NCBI GenBank assembly: GCA_963703225.1
Contig: OY969801.1
Location: 2,624,001-2,688,000, forward strand
Reading direction: 5' to 3'
Length of the DNA stretch: 64,000 bases
Source of the DNA: Candidatus Eiseniibacteriota bacterium
GTDB taxonomy: Bacteria > Eisenbacteria > RBG-16-71-46 > SZUA-252
Numbering within the stretch: the stretch's first letter is position 1; every line of letters begins with the position of its first letter. This document shows positions 18,694-28,798 of the stretch, piece after piece. The translations under genes were made by a program, and so were the position numbers. The notes under the pieces were generated by a model, which worked only from the letters and a program-made list of their open reading frames with translations, searched no databases and was not told the origin of the DNA.

Positions 18694-20159
18694 CGGAGCC
18701 CTCCCTTCTTGCCGGGGCCACCGCCCTTGGCCGCCGGCTCGTCCTCCGGAATCAGCTGGCCGATGGTGCGGTTCTTCGCGTCGAAGATCCGCTTCGCCGC
18801 GGACTGAATCGCCGCGCGCGTCACCCGTCCATAGCGATCGGGAGCGCTGAAGAGCTTCCGATAGTCTCCGCGGAACGTTTCGTAGTCCCCCAAAGCCTCG
18901 GCCTTGCCGTCGATGGTCTTGAGAGAGCGCCAATAGGACGCGAGTCGGATCGTCTTGGCCTTCGTCAGCTCCGCCTCCGTCACACCGTTCTTCGCCACCC
19001 GCGCCAGCTCGTCGACCAGCGACGACTCGGCCGCCGCCAATCCCTTCTCGGGCGAGACCGTGACGAAGATCGAAAAGATCCCTGGGTCGAACCCCCGCTG
19101 AAGCCACGAACCAACGTCGACGGCCACTTGGTCCTGGTCGACGAGGCGGCGATAGAGCCGCGACGATTCGCCTTCGGTGAGGATCGTCTCGAGCAGGTCC
19201 TCTGCCTCCGCATCGGGGCCGTCGGCCGCCCCCGCGTGGTAGGAAGCCTGCAAGAGGGGCACCTGCGCGGGGCGCCGCACCGTGACGCGCCGTTCGCCGG
19301 GTTGGGGTGGCTCGATGGTCCGCACGCGGGGCGGCGGTGTCTGCGCGGGAATCGGTCCGACGTTCTGTTCCACGAGAGCGAACGCCTCCGATGGGACGAC
19401 GTCCCCCACGATGATCATCGTGGCGTTGTTGGGGGCGTAGTAGATCCGGAAGTATTCTTTCAAGTCCTGGATCGTCCACCGCTCGATGTCGCTCGGCCAC
19501 CCGATGATCGGAATCTGGTAGGGGTGAGCGACAAAGGCCGCCGCCATCACCTGCTCGTCGAGGAAATCCCTCCCGCTGTCGTCGGTGGTCGTTCGCCGCT
19601 CGGAGTAGACGACGCCGCGCTCGCTCTCCACGCCGGTCGAATCGAACGAGAGGCAGCAGATCCGGTCCGCCTCCATCTTGAGGATCAGTGGGAGCGCACC
19701 CTTCGCGAACCAGTCGGTGTAGACGGTCACGTCCTGGCTGGTGGAGGCGTTGTTGGCGCCGCCGTTCGCCTCCATGACGCGATCGAACTCGCCGGGTCCG
19801 TAGTGCGCCGAGCCTTTGAACATCATGTGCTCGAAGAAGTGGGAGAGCCCGGTGATTCCCGGTCGCTCGTTCCGGCTCCCGACCCGGTATTCGACGTAGA
19901 GGGCGATGTTGGGAATGTCGTGATCGGGCCAGACGATCACCTTCATCCCGTTCTTCAGGGTTCTGGTGGCGATGTCGGCGCCCGGGGCGTGGGTCGCCGC
20001 TCGGGCCGCGCCCTGAGATGTCTCCCGGGGCTGGGCCGCGGCCCGATAGCCGGTGCAGCAGAGCGCGAAGACTGCTACCGCCAGCGGGAGGGCGGCGGAG
20101 GTCCGCCGCGCGGCTCCGGACGCCGTGCTATGTGGCTGCCAGATCATGCTCCACCTCAT
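18690..20159 (-). CDS. M16 family zinc peptidase, catalytic subunit
   Basis: GSRNERPGITGLSHFFEHMMFKGS (HxxEH), YYAPNNA. Start supported by TAGAGT 7 nt upstream. Confidence 0.92.
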   Translation of the reverse strand: MRWSMIWQPHSTASGAARRTSAALPLAVAVFALCCTGYRAAAQPRETSQGAARAATHAPGADIATRTLKNGMKVIVWPDHDIPNIALYVEYRVGSRNERPGITGLSHFFEHMMFKGSAHYGPGEFDRVMEANGGANNASTSQDVTVYTDWFAKGALPLILKMEADRICCLSFDSTGVESERGVVYSERRTTTDDSGRDFLDEQVMAAAFVAHPYQIPIIGWPSDIERWTIQDLKEYFRIYYAPNNATMIIVGDVVPSEAFALVEQNVGPIPAQTPPPRVRTIEPPQPGERRVTVRRPAQVPLLQASYHAGAADGPDAEAEDLLETILTEGESSRLYRRLVDQDQVAVDVGSWLQRGFDPGIFSIFVTVSPEKGLAAAESSLVDELARVAKNGVTEAELTKAKTIRLASYWRSLKTIDGKAEALGDYETFRGDYRKLFSAPDRYGRVTRAAIQSAAKRIFDAKNRTIGQLIPEDEPAAKGGGPGKKGGLR

Positions 20160-20269
20160 CGCCGAAACTCTAGGATCGCCGGAGCGTAGGGGGTGATAGG
20201 CTTCTGGCCAAGTGGATTTGATCGGCCCGCCCGTGCGGGCGCGGCCCCGGAACATAGGAGGAAACAAAC

Positions 20270-21070
20270 GTGCCGACCATGCATGAGATCGACTACGAGA
20301 TCATCGGTGACGACATGCAGTTCGTCAGGATCACCCTCGACCCAGGGGAGGCGGTGGTCGCCGAGGCCGGTGGGATGATGTACATCGAGGATGGGATCCA
20401 GATGGACACCATCTTCGGGGACGGATCGCCTCAAACCGGTGACCTGATGGGCAAGCTGATGAGCGCGGGCAAGCGCCTCCTCACCGGGGAGTCGCTCTTC
20501 ATGACCGTGTTCCATAACGAGTCGCGGGAGCGGCGCGTGGCCGCGTTCGCCGCGCCCTACCCCGGCAAGATCCGCGCGCTCCACCTGGCCGAGCTGGGCG
20601 GGGAGATCATCGCTCAGAAAGACTCCTTCCTCGCCGCGGCGAAGGGCGTGAGCATCGGGATCGCGTTTCAAAAGCGGTTCGGCGTCGGCCTCTTCGGCGG
20701 CGAAGGCTTCATCATGCAGCGGCTGACCGGCGACGGTTGGGCCTTTGTCAACGCGGGGGGGACGATCGAGGAGCGGACCCTCAAGCCGGGCGAAACCCTC
20801 CGCGTCGACACGGGCTGCCTCGTCGCGATCCAGCCCTCGGTCACCTACGACATTCAATTCGTTGGCAAGCTGAAGACCGCGCTCTTCGGAGGCGAGGGGC
20901 TCTTCTTCGCCACGCTCCACGGGCCCGGCCAAGTCTGGCTCCAGTCGCTGCCATTCAGCCGGCTCGCGAGCCGCATCTACGCGGCCGCGCCGCAGAGCGG
21001 CGGGCGCCGGAGAGAGGAAGGCTCCATCCTCGGCGGCCTCGGCAATCTCCTCGACGGCGACGGGCGGTAG
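20270..21070 (+). CDS. TIGR00266/AIM24 family protein
   Basis: [44 protein letters not shown]. Confidence 0.92.
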   Translation: MPTMHEIDYEIIGDDMQFVRITLDPGEAVVAEAGGMMYIEDGIQMDTIFGDGSPQTGDLMGKLMSAGKRLLTGESLFMTVFHNESRERRVAAFAAPYPGKIRALHLAELGGEIIAQKDSFLAAAKGVSIGIAFQKRFGVGLFGGEGFIMQRLTGDGWAFVNAGGTIEERTLKPGETLRVDTGCLVAIQPSVTYDIQFVGKLKTALFGGEGLFFATLHGPGQVWLQSLPFSRLASRIYAAAPQSGGRRREEGSILGGLGNLLDGDGR

Positions 21071-21125
21071 CAGCGATCCGGCCCGACTCTGACTCGGTGG
21101 GCCGACCGCTGCGCAAGCGGGATTC

Positions 21126-22208
21126 CTAGAGCCCCGCTTGGCGGATGCTCACCGTCCCCGAGCCGGTCTCGATGGTGATCCGTCCCTTGCCGTCGCCGAT
21201 CCGGCCGACCAGCTCATCGTGCTTCCGGACGCTGGTCTCCATGGTCAGGTTGGTCTCGATCCCGCCGCTCCCGGTCTCCACCGAGAGCTCGGCGCCGAAC
21301 CTCTTGGGGATGGTCACCGACACGTCGCCGCTCCCGGAGTCGATCTCGATCGTCTCGATCCCCTCGGAAAGCTCGGCGACGACCTCTCCGGATCCGGTGT
21401 CCAGGCTCACCCGCTCCGCCTTCAACTTCCCGACCTGCACGTCGCCCGACCCGGTATCGATCGAGACGTTGACGGCCGAAAGATCGGTCCCGGTCACCTC
21501 ACCCGACCCCGTGTCCACCTCGATCGACTTGGCGCGGATTCGCGAGAGAGCCACCTCCCCGGAGCCCGTATCGATCCAGATCTCTGCGTCGGCGTCCTCC
21601 ACTCGAACGTGCCCGGAACCGATATCGACGTGAAGCGATCCCTTGATTCCGGTAGCGCTGATCGGCATCGCGGCCGCGTCGACGGAGAGGTCGGCGTCGA
21701 TTCGGGTCACGTCGGCCTTGCCGTGCCCCCAGTAGACGTCCACCTTCTTGCCGGGCGGCACCATCAGCCGCACGTCGGCTCCCGCCTCGAGCCCGGAGCC
21801 GCGCCCGCTCAGGGTCACCTTCCGCCCGCCGTGTTCATCGTCGCGGAACGTTCCGTCTTCCTTGACGCGCATGGTGGACGTCGTGTTCTCGCCAAACTCC
21901 GGCACCAGGATGCGATCGCTGGGATAGACGATGCGCAGGGTCTGTTGGCCATCGATGAGGCCGGTCGCCACGCTGAGCCGCGCCGCGTCCTTCCCCTTCA
22001 TGGTGATCTCCGCGACCACCGAGGCTCCGTCGCCGCGCACCACCTCCAGGGACCCGACCAGGTTGTAGATCGCGACGTGCGACCCCGTGATCGTATAGCG
22101 GGTTGGCTCATAGGGAGAGGCGTGGCCGTGGACGGCCTGGATCACGAGACCCAGCGCCAAGATCCCTGCCACAAACAGGGATAGGAACAGCCTGCGTCGG
22201 ATGCTCAT
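21126..22208 (-). CDS. DUF4097 (putative adhesin) beta-repeat secreted protein
   Basis: Signal peptide; repeated I(D/E)TGSGxV units; SD GAGGAG. Confidence 0.85.
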   Translation of the reverse strand: MSIRRRLFLSLFVAGILALGLVIQAVHGHASPYEPTRYTITGSHVAIYNLVGSLEVVRGDGASVVAEITMKGKDAARLSVATGLIDGQQTLRIVYPSDRILVPEFGENTTSTMRVKEDGTFRDDEHGGRKVTLSGRGSGLEAGADVRLMVPPGKKVDVYWGHGKADVTRIDADLSVDAAAMPISATGIKGSLHVDIGSGHVRVEDADAEIWIDTGSGEVALSRIRAKSIEVDTGSGEVTGTDLSAVNVSIDTGSGDVQVGKLKAERVSLDTGSGEVVAELSEGIETIEIDSGSGDVSVTIPKRFGAELSVETGSGGIETNLTMETSVRKHDELVGRIGDGKGRITIETGSGTVSIRQAGL

Positions 22209-22258
22209 ACGAATCTCCTCGGATGGGGGATGTCTCTCGGTCCGGATTGCCTCAACTA

Positions 22259-22285
22259 GGATACGTCGACGGCTCAAAGGGTTGA
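22259..22285 (-). promoter_or_regulatory. Candidate ECF promoter for the DUF4097 gene
   Basis: Minus strand TCAACCCTTTG-N12-ATCC, matching the motif upstream of the sigma gene. Confidence 0.5.
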
Positions 22286-22385
22286 GGGGGCCGCCGGGAC
22301 CCTCCCCGGGGCTTGCGACGGCCCCGGCCTGGCGGCGGCCACCCCCACCCGATAGACTCCCTACGAGCGTGCCAGCGATTCCGTT

Positions 22386-22412
22386 TCAACGCTTTGCGGC
22401 TTCCCCCCATCC
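22386..22412 (+). promoter_or_regulatory. Candidate autoregulatory ECF promoter
   Basis: TCAACGCTTTG-N12-ATCC upstream of the ECF sigma gene. Confidence 0.5.
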
Positions 22413-22467
22413 AACTTCAACGACAATAGGCCCGTGGGGACTAAGGGTGACAGCGCCGACCACTCTC

Positions 22468-23001
22468 ATGAATGCCGTGCCGCCGGCATCCGACCGGGCC
22501 GATGTATCGCGCGCCCAAGGGGGCGATACAAGGGCGTTCGAGCGCCTCTACCGCGCTCACGCGGGGAGAATCTTCTGCCTGGCGCGGCGCATGATCGGCC
22601 CGGACCTCGCGGGCGAGCTGACGCAGGATGTCTTTGTCCGCGCCTGGGAAAAGATCACGACGTTTCGCGGCGAGGCGGCCTTCGGGACGTGGCTCCATCG
22701 AGTGGCGGTCAACGTGATCCTCCACCGCCGAGCCACGCTCAAGACCGAGCGCGGTCGGATGGACGACGAAGAGGGCGTGCTCGACTCAGTGCCCGCTCGA
22801 CCGGCGTCGGCGGACTTTGGGATGGATTTCGAAAACGCGATTCAAATGCTCCCCGACGGAGCGCGGACGGTCTTCCTGCTGCACGACGTCGAGGGCTTCA
22901 AACACGAGGAAATCGGCACACTGCTCGGTGTGACGGCGGGGACTTCCAAAGCGCAGCTCCACAGGGCGCGGATGATCTTGAGGCAGCATCTCTGCAGATG
23001 A
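22468..23001 (+). CDS. ECF RNA polymerase sigma factor
   Basis: AFERLY, ELTQDVFVRAW, FGTWLHRVAVN, LHDVEGFKHEEIG, SKAQLHRAR. Start could also be GTG at 22447. Confidence 0.93.
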   Translation: MNAVPPASDRADVSRAQGGDTRAFERLYRAHAGRIFCLARRMIGPDLAGELTQDVFVRAWEKITTFRGEAAFGTWLHRVAVNVILHRRATLKTERGRMDDEEGVLDSVPARPASADFGMDFENAIQMLPDGARTVFLLHDVEGFKHEEIGTLLGVTAGTSKAQLHRARMILRQHLCR

Positions 23002-23014
23002 GAGGATCGAATCG

Positions 23015-23704
23015 ATGAGCGATCGATGGACGGACTTGCTTTCGGACTACCTGGACGGCGGGCTTGGATCGGAGGATCGTCGGCTCCTGGCGGCACACCT
23101 CGTGGTCTGCTCCGAGTGCTCGGCCGCGCTGGAGGATCTCCGGCTCATCGCGTCCCGCGCCCGAGCGCTTCCGACGCAGGATCCCGACCGCGATCTCTGG
23201 CCGGGAATCGAGGCTCGGATCCACGAAGCCGCGGCGGTGAAGCGCCCGACGATCGTCACCCGACCCGGAGGCTTCTCCGCGCGCCGGTATTCGTTTTCCC
23301 TCCCCCAGCTCGCGGCGGCGTGCGTGGCGCTCGCGGTCCTTTCGGGCGGCGCCGTCTGGTACGCGTTCTCCCACGCGCCGTCGCGGGTGCCGGGATCCCT
23401 GGCCGGGAGGGTTGGTTTGGACACCTCACTCACGCTTTCGGCCGCATCGTCCGATCACGCCGCGCTCCAGGATGTCGCGGATTTGCGCGTCGTCCTCGAT
23501 TCGGGCCGGGAGAAGCTCGACCCGGCGACCGTGCGATCCCTGGAGGAGAGCCTGATGATCATCGATCTCGCCATCCGACAGGCCAAGCGCGCGTTGGAGG
23601 CGGACCCACACAATCCGTACGTCAAGGCGCACCTCGACGACACGATGCGGCGTAAGGTCGACTTTCTCCGCCGCGCGACGTTGCTCGCGAGCGCGCCACA
23701 GTAG
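23015..23704 (+). CDS. Zinc-finger (HxxxCxxC) membrane anti-sigma factor
   Basis: LSDYLDG...HLVVCSEC, one TM helix, C-terminal helical domain. Confidence 0.88.
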   Translation: MSDRWTDLLSDYLDGGLGSEDRRLLAAHLVVCSECSAALEDLRLIASRARALPTQDPDRDLWPGIEARIHEAAAVKRPTIVTRPGGFSARRYSFSLPQLAAACVALAVLSGGAVWYAFSHAPSRVPGSLAGRVGLDTSLTLSAASSDHAALQDVADLRVVLDSGREKLDPATVRSLEESLMIIDLAIRQAKRALEADPHNPYVKAHLDDTMRRKVDFLRRATLLASAPQ

Positions 23705-23721
23705 AGGAGAGCCCCCCCACC

Positions 23722-24684
23722 ATGTGCCTGACTGTCGCCGTCGCCACCGCCGCCGCCGTCCTCTCGCTGAGCTCAGGCGCCGACACGACGTTCTCCATCC
23801 GACAGGGGGTGGAGCTTCAGGTGGCCAATTTTGCCGGGACCGTGAGCATCCGGTCCTGGGACAAGAACGCCGTCCGGATCAAGGCCGAGTCACCCGGCAA
23901 CGACAAGATCGTCGTCAGGAGCGCGGAGGACGTGCTCCTGATCAAGGCCTACTCGCAGTGGTCGGCACAGCACACCATCGATCTCGACATCACGGCGCCC
24001 TCCTGGATGGACCTCACCGTGTCCGGCGTGAACACCGATGTGAACATCGACGGGACCAAGGGACGGGTGCGGGTCGACACGGTGCACGGCGACATCATGG
24101 TGGTGGGAGGCAGGGGCCAGATCGAGCTGAAGGCGATCAACGAGGACATCCATCTGACCGACGCGTCGGGGACGGTCCTCTCCGAGACCGTGAACGGTGA
24201 TTTGACCCTCCAGCGGATCTCGTCGGACAGCGTGGAGGTGTCGACCGTGAACGGCGAGATCTTCTACGAAGGGTCGATTCGCGACCGGGGGGTCTACCGA
24301 TTCACGAGCCACAACGGAGACCTCGCGATCGCCCTGCCCAAGACGGCCAATGCCACCGTGAACGTCTCGACCTTCTCCGGCGAGTTCGCCTCCGACTTCC
24401 CCGTGATGCTCAGCGAGACCAAGCCGGGACGTCGCTTCTGCTTCACGCTCGGCAGAGGAAGCGCGCAGGTGCAGCTCGAGTCGTTCCAGGGGACGATCCA
24501 CATCTTCCGTCCCGGGGCCCGCGGTCCGGTAGCCGAGATGGAGCGGGATGACGACGGCGACGGGGACCGGCACTCGCACGACAAGTACAAGACGAAGGGC
24601 AAGGACAAAGGCGGCGACGACTCGGACGAGGATTCAGATTCCGATTCGGACTCCGACTCCGATTCCAAAGAGGACGGCGAGTAA
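23722..24684 (+). CDS. DUF4097 beta-repeat protein with acidic Asp-Ser tail
   Basis: TVHGDI/TVNGDL/TVNGEI/SHNGDL/TFSGEF repeats; DSDSDS tail. Confidence 0.85.
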   Translation: MCLTVAVATAAAVLSLSSGADTTFSIRQGVELQVANFAGTVSIRSWDKNAVRIKAESPGNDKIVVRSAEDVLLIKAYSQWSAQHTIDLDITAPSWMDLTVSGVNTDVNIDGTKGRVRVDTVHGDIMVVGGRGQIELKAINEDIHLTDASGTVLSETVNGDLTLQRISSDSVEVSTVNGEIFYEGSIRDRGVYRFTSHNGDLAIALPKTANATVNVSTFSGEFASDFPVMLSETKPGRRFCFTLGRGSAQVQLESFQGTIHIFRPGARGPVAEMERDDDGDGDRHSHDKYKTKGKDKGGDDSDEDSDSDSDSDSDSKEDGE

Positions 24685-24728
24685 CCCGCCACCCGCGACG
24701 TCAAGCCGGCTTCACCCTTTCGGCGCCC

Positions 24729-25514
24729 TCAGGGCGCGCTCAGGATGATGGGGAGCCCGTTCTTCCCCCCCGCGATGATGATCTTCGCGTTCGGCGACTC
24801 CGCGAGCGCCTTGGTCGCCTCGATCCCTTTCCAGGTCAGGAGCCCGGGCGTGATCCCGGCGGTCACGATCCGCTGGAAATCGGCGATCCCCTGCGCTTCG
24901 ATCCGCTTCCGCTCCGCCTCACGCTGCTCCTTCTTGAGCACGAACTCCATCTGCTGCGCCTGCTGATCGGCCGCCAGCTTCGCCTCGACCGCCTTCGCGA
25001 CCTGGTCGGGGAGCACGATGTTCCGGAGCAGGATCGCCTCCACGTTGATCCCGCGCCCTTCGAGCCGTGTGCGCAGGTCGGCGAGCATCTTCTGCCCGAT
25101 CTCCTCCCGGCGGCCCGAGTAAAGGTCGACGGCGTTGAACCCCGCGGTCACGTCGCGAATGACAGACCGGAACTCGGGAATCAGAACGCTCGCGGTCAAT
25201 CCGCCGAGGCCACCGTAGCGCGAGAAGACCTCCTTCGCCGCCGTCGGCTCCGCGTGATAGACGAGGCTTACGTCCAGGCCCACGAGCAGCCCTTCGCCCG
25301 TCGGGGTCGTGGTTCGCTCTTCGAGTTGCAGCGTGCGGCAGTTGATCCGGTGGACGCCGGTCCATGGCGCCCAGGGGTGGAGCCCCGGCGGCCACGTCGT
25401 GTCGAGAACCTTGCCGAACGATTCCAGCACGCCCACGTGCTGAGGCGGCACCGCCGCGCATCCCGCCGATAGGGCGGCGATCAAGAGCGGGATGAAAAGC
25501 CGGCGCATCATCAT
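24729..25514 (-). CDS. Prohibitin/SPFH family protein
   Basis: VPPQHVGV..FGKV, AVEAKLAADQQAQQMEFVL, EAERKRIEAQGIADFQ. Confidence 0.9.
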   Translation of the reverse strand: MMMRRLFIPLLIAALSAGCAAVPPQHVGVLESFGKVLDTTWPPGLHPWAPWTGVHRINCRTLQLEERTTTPTGEGLLVGLDVSLVYHAEPTAAKEVFSRYGGLGGLTASVLIPEFRSVIRDVTAGFNAVDLYSGRREEIGQKMLADLRTRLEGRGINVEAILLRNIVLPDQVAKAVEAKLAADQQAQQMEFVLKKEQREAERKRIEAQGIADFQRIVTAGITPGLLTWKGIEATKALAESPNAKIIIAGGKNGLPIILSAP

Positions 25515-25558
25515 GAGTTCATCCTCCTTCCATGGAGTGGACATCGGGAATTTCACGG

Positions 25559-26332
25559 CTACGCGGCGGTCCAGCCGCCGTCGACATAGACTTCGGATCC
25601 GGTCATGTACGAGGCCTCGTCGCCGGCGAGGAACGCGATGACGTTCGCCACCTCCTCGGGCCGGCCGAGCCGGCCCATGGGCGTGTTGGCCTGGACGTAG
25701 GCGAGCATGGGGCTCGGCTTGCCGTCGACCGGCTCTAGAAACGGGGCCACCATCGGCGTCGTGATAAAGCCGGGATGGACCGAATTGACCCGGATGTTCT
25801 CCTTCGCGTAGCGGAGGGCGGCGCTCTTCGTCATGAGCCGGAGCGCCCCTTTTGAGGCGTGGTAGGCGATTGCATTGCCGCTCCCGCCGACCGCGCCGTA
25901 GATGGACGATATGTTGATGATCGAACCGCCGCCGGCTCGCCTCATGTGCGGAACTGCGGCCCGCATGCCGAGCCACGCGCCGGTCTGGTTGATCGCGATG
26001 AGCCGGTTGAACCCCTCCAGGGTTTCCTGTTCGACGTCTTCGAGGCGCGCGACCCCCGCATTGTTGACCAGGATGTGGAGCGCGCCGAGCGTCCGCGCCG
26101 CGGCGTCGACCGCGGCGCTCCAATCGCTCTCGCTCGCCACGTCGTGATGGACGTACCCCGAGCGCCCGCCCTGCCCCGCGATCGTCGCGGCCACCGCCTT
26201 CCCTTCGTCGTCGATCACGTCGGTGACGAGAACGGCGGCCCCGTGCCGGGCTAAGATCTCGCACGCCGCCTTTCCGATTCCTCTGGCGCCCCCCGTAACC
26301 AGGGCGACCTTACCCTCGAGTTTCGATTTCAA
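25559..26332 (-). CDS. SDR family oxidoreductase
   Basis: TGGARGIG, NNAG, YHASK, RVNSVHPG; TTG start after a GAGGAG SD. Confidence 0.92.
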   Translation of the reverse strand: MKSKLEGKVALVTGGARGIGKAACEILARHGAAVLVTDVIDDEGKAVAATIAGQGGRSGYVHHDVASESDWSAAVDAAARTLGALHILVNNAGVARLEDVEQETLEGFNRLIAINQTGAWLGMRAAVPHMRRAGGGSIINISSIYGAVGGSGNAIAYHASKGALRLMTKSAALRYAKENIRVNSVHPGFITTPMVAPFLEPVDGKPSPMLAYVQANTPMGRLGRPEEVANVIAFLAGDEASYMTGSEVYVDGGWTAA

Positions 26333-26369
26333 TCGGCTCCTCTCGGGAGGGCCGCATCGAGCGCCGGCC

Positions 26370-27416
26370 TCAATGCGATCCCCCACCGTGCTCTGCCGAC
26401 ACCTTGCCGGCGAATTGCCGGTAGACGTATGTGAAGTAGACCGCGACCAGCGCCATCCCGATGAGCCACCAGACGAGGCCGACCTTGAGCCCGTACTCGC
26501 CCGCCGCCGCGTTCCAGATCGTGAGCGATCGCGCCGGATCGGTGATCGACGGAAGCACGCACGGATAGACCCCAAACGCCGCGCTCGAGAGCATCCCGGC
26601 CAGATAACCGCACGAGGCGAGGAAGGCCATGGCCTCCCGGCGCCGCAGAAGGAACCACTGTATGGCCGCGAGCCCGGCCAGAGCGATCCCCGGGAACACA
26701 TAGCCCCACGGATGGAGCGTCAGGTTCTCCATCACCTGAGGCTGGAGCCGCAACGTGCACCACGTGACGGCCACGGTCGCGACCAAGGTCCCAATCCATC
26801 CCGCCCGCGCGACCGTTCGGGCGCGCGCTGCGATCGGATCCCGCGTCTTGAGCGCCACCCACAGCGCGCCGTGCATCGCGAGCGCGGCGTACGCGGCCAG
26901 ACCCACCAGGACCGTGTACGAATCCAGAATCCCCGAGTTGGGCCCTGGCTTGAAATCGGTCCAGAGCGGCTCGAAGAATCGCCCCGTCTCGTCAAAGGGC
27001 ACCCCGCGGATGACGTTCCCCAGCGCCGCGCCGAGGAAGATCGCGAGGAGCGAGCTGGAGAGCCAGAAGATCACGTCCCAGAGCGGCTTCCATGCCTCGC
27101 TGTCGATGTGGTTTCGGAACTCGATCGCGCAGCCGCGGAGGATGAGGAGCCAGAGAACCATCATGAGCGGAAGGTAAAAGCCGCTGAAGCCGGCGGCGTA
27201 GAGCGCCGGGAAGGCGAAGTAGAGGACGCCCCCCGCGGCGAGCAGCCAGACCTCGTTCCCGTCCCAGACCGGGCCGATCGTGGCCAGCACCGTTCGTCGC
27301 TCCTCCCCCGTTCGTCCGACGAAGAGGTGGACGATGCCGGCGCCCAGATCGAAGCCGTCGAAGACCACGTACGCCGCGAGCATGAACGCGACCAGACAGA
27401 ACCAGAGGGTTTCCAT
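26370..27416 (-). CDS. cydB: Cytochrome bd ubiquinol oxidase subunit II
   Basis: DGFDLGAG, PVWDGNEVWL, LRGCAIEFR. Confidence 0.96.
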   Translation of the reverse strand: METLWFCLVAFMLAAYVVFDGFDLGAGIVHLFVGRTGEERRTVLATIGPVWDGNEVWLLAAGGVLYFAFPALYAAGFSGFYLPLMMVLWLLILRGCAIEFRNHIDSEAWKPLWDVIFWLSSSLLAIFLGAALGNVIRGVPFDETGRFFEPLWTDFKPGPNSGILDSYTVLVGLAAYAALAMHGALWVALKTRDPIAARARTVARAGWIGTLVATVAVTWCTLRLQPQVMENLTLHPWGYVFPGIALAGLAAIQWFLLRRREAMAFLASCGYLAGMLSSAAFGVYPCVLPSITDPARSLTIWNAAAGEYGLKVGLVWWLIGMALVAVYFTYVYRQFAGKVSAEHGGGSH

Positions 27417-27422
27417 GATCGA

Positions 27423-28790
27423 CTAGCCCCCCGCCGGTGCCGCCGCGGACCCACGGCGCGGCGCGCGCGGCGCCGGGACGGGGCCCCGGTCGATCTCGCG
27501 CCGGATGAGGAACAGAAAGAGAATTCCGAGCACGGTGTACATCCCCATGAACCCGATCAGCGTGAAGAGGCCGTTCCCCGCCGAGACGTTCTTGGAGTAT
27601 CCGTCGGCGGTGCGCATCAGCCCGTAGATGAGCCACGGCTGGCGGCCGACCTCGGCCGTGATCCAGCCCGCGGTGTTGGCGATGTAGGGGAACGGGAAGC
27701 TCATCATGAGAATCCAGAGCATCCAGCGCGCGGTGTGGAGGGCGCCCCGCCAGAGAAGAAGCGCCGCGCCGCAGAAGATCGCGATGAAGAAGGTCCCGAG
27801 CCCAACCATGACGTGATACGCGTAGTAGAGGAGCGGAATGTTGTCGGGCCAATCCTTCTTCGGGAACGCGTCGAGCCCCTTCACATGCGCCTGCCACCGC
27901 TGGTAGGTGAGGAAGCTCAGCATCCGCGGCACCACGATCGGGTTGTCCAGACGCTGACGCACCATGTCGGGCTGTCCGATGATGACCAGGGGCGCGCCCT
28001 CCTCGGAGCGAAAGAGGCCCTCCATGGCCGCCAGGGTGGTCGGCTGATGCTTGGCCAGCATCCTTCCCTGGCCGTCCCCTGTCGGATAGAGCTGTACGAT
28101 CGAGGAGATCGCCCCCACCGTCACCGCCACACTCAGAAAGAGCTTCGCCTGCTCGGCGTGCTGCCGCGTGAGGAGGTAGTAGGCGCCCACCGCCGCCATC
28201 ACAAAGCAGCCGGTGAGCACGGCACCGTTCATGTTGTGCGCGTACTGCCACCCGGCCCACGGATTGAGGAGCAGCGCCCAGAAGCTTTGGAGGGCGATGG
28301 CCCCGCCCGGCATGATTTCGTGCCCGACCGGGTGCTGCATCCAGGCGTCGGTGGCGATGATGAAATAGCCGGAGAGCCAGGACCCGATGAAGACCATCAG
28401 CGACGCGAACCAGTGGCCGACGGGCCCCAGGCGGCGCTCGCCGAACAGGAAGAGCCCGAGGAAGGAGGATTCGAGGAAGAAGGAGAAGACCCCCTCCATG
28501 GCGAGGGTCTGTCCGATGACCCCACCGGCGGCTTTGGAAAAGTCGGCCCAGTTGGTGCCGAACTGAAACTCCATCGGGATGCCGGTCACGACGCCGATGG
28601 CGAAGTTGATCGCGAAGATCTTCGCCCAGAACCGCGCGGCGACGTTGTAGCGCTCGTCCCGGCGGGTCAGCGCCAGGGTCTTGAGGATCACGATGAGCAG
28701 AGCCAGCCCCATCGTGAGCTGGGGGAATAGGTAGTGGAACGTGACCGTGAAGGCGAAGTGGAGCCGATGCACGGCGAGGGCTTCGTCCAT
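27423..28790 (-). CDS. cydA: Cytochrome bd ubiquinol oxidase subunit I (short Q-loop)
   Basis: FHYLF, GVVTGIPMEFQFGTNW, AWMQHP, GWITAEVGRQPW. Confidence 0.96.
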   Translation of the reverse strand: MDEALAVHRLHFAFTVTFHYLFPQLTMGLALLIVILKTLALTRRDERYNVAARFWAKIFAINFAIGVVTGIPMEFQFGTNWADFSKAAGGVIGQTLAMEGVFSFFLESSFLGLFLFGERRLGPVGHWFASLMVFIGSWLSGYFIIATDAWMQHPVGHEIMPGGAIALQSFWALLLNPWAGWQYAHNMNGAVLTGCFVMAAVGAYYLLTRQHAEQAKLFLSVAVTVGAISSIVQLYPTGDGQGRMLAKHQPTTLAAMEGLFRSEEGAPLVIIGQPDMVRQRLDNPIVVPRMLSFLTYQRWQAHVKGLDAFPKKDWPDNIPLLYYAYHVMVGLGTFFIAIFCGAALLLWRGALHTARWMLWILMMSFPFPYIANTAGWITAEVGRQPWLIYGLMRTADGYSKNVSAGNGLFTLIGFMGMYTVLGILFLFLIRREIDRGPVPAPRAPRRGSAAAPAGG

Positions 28791-28798
28791 GAGCCTCC

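Noticed and set aside
21126..21620. Periodic DNA repeats that might suggest a CRISPR or VNTR
   Set aside because: They are degenerate coding repeats (DTGSG units; likewise the PKD repeats at about 37000-38000), with no identical repeat-spacer structure and no cas genes.
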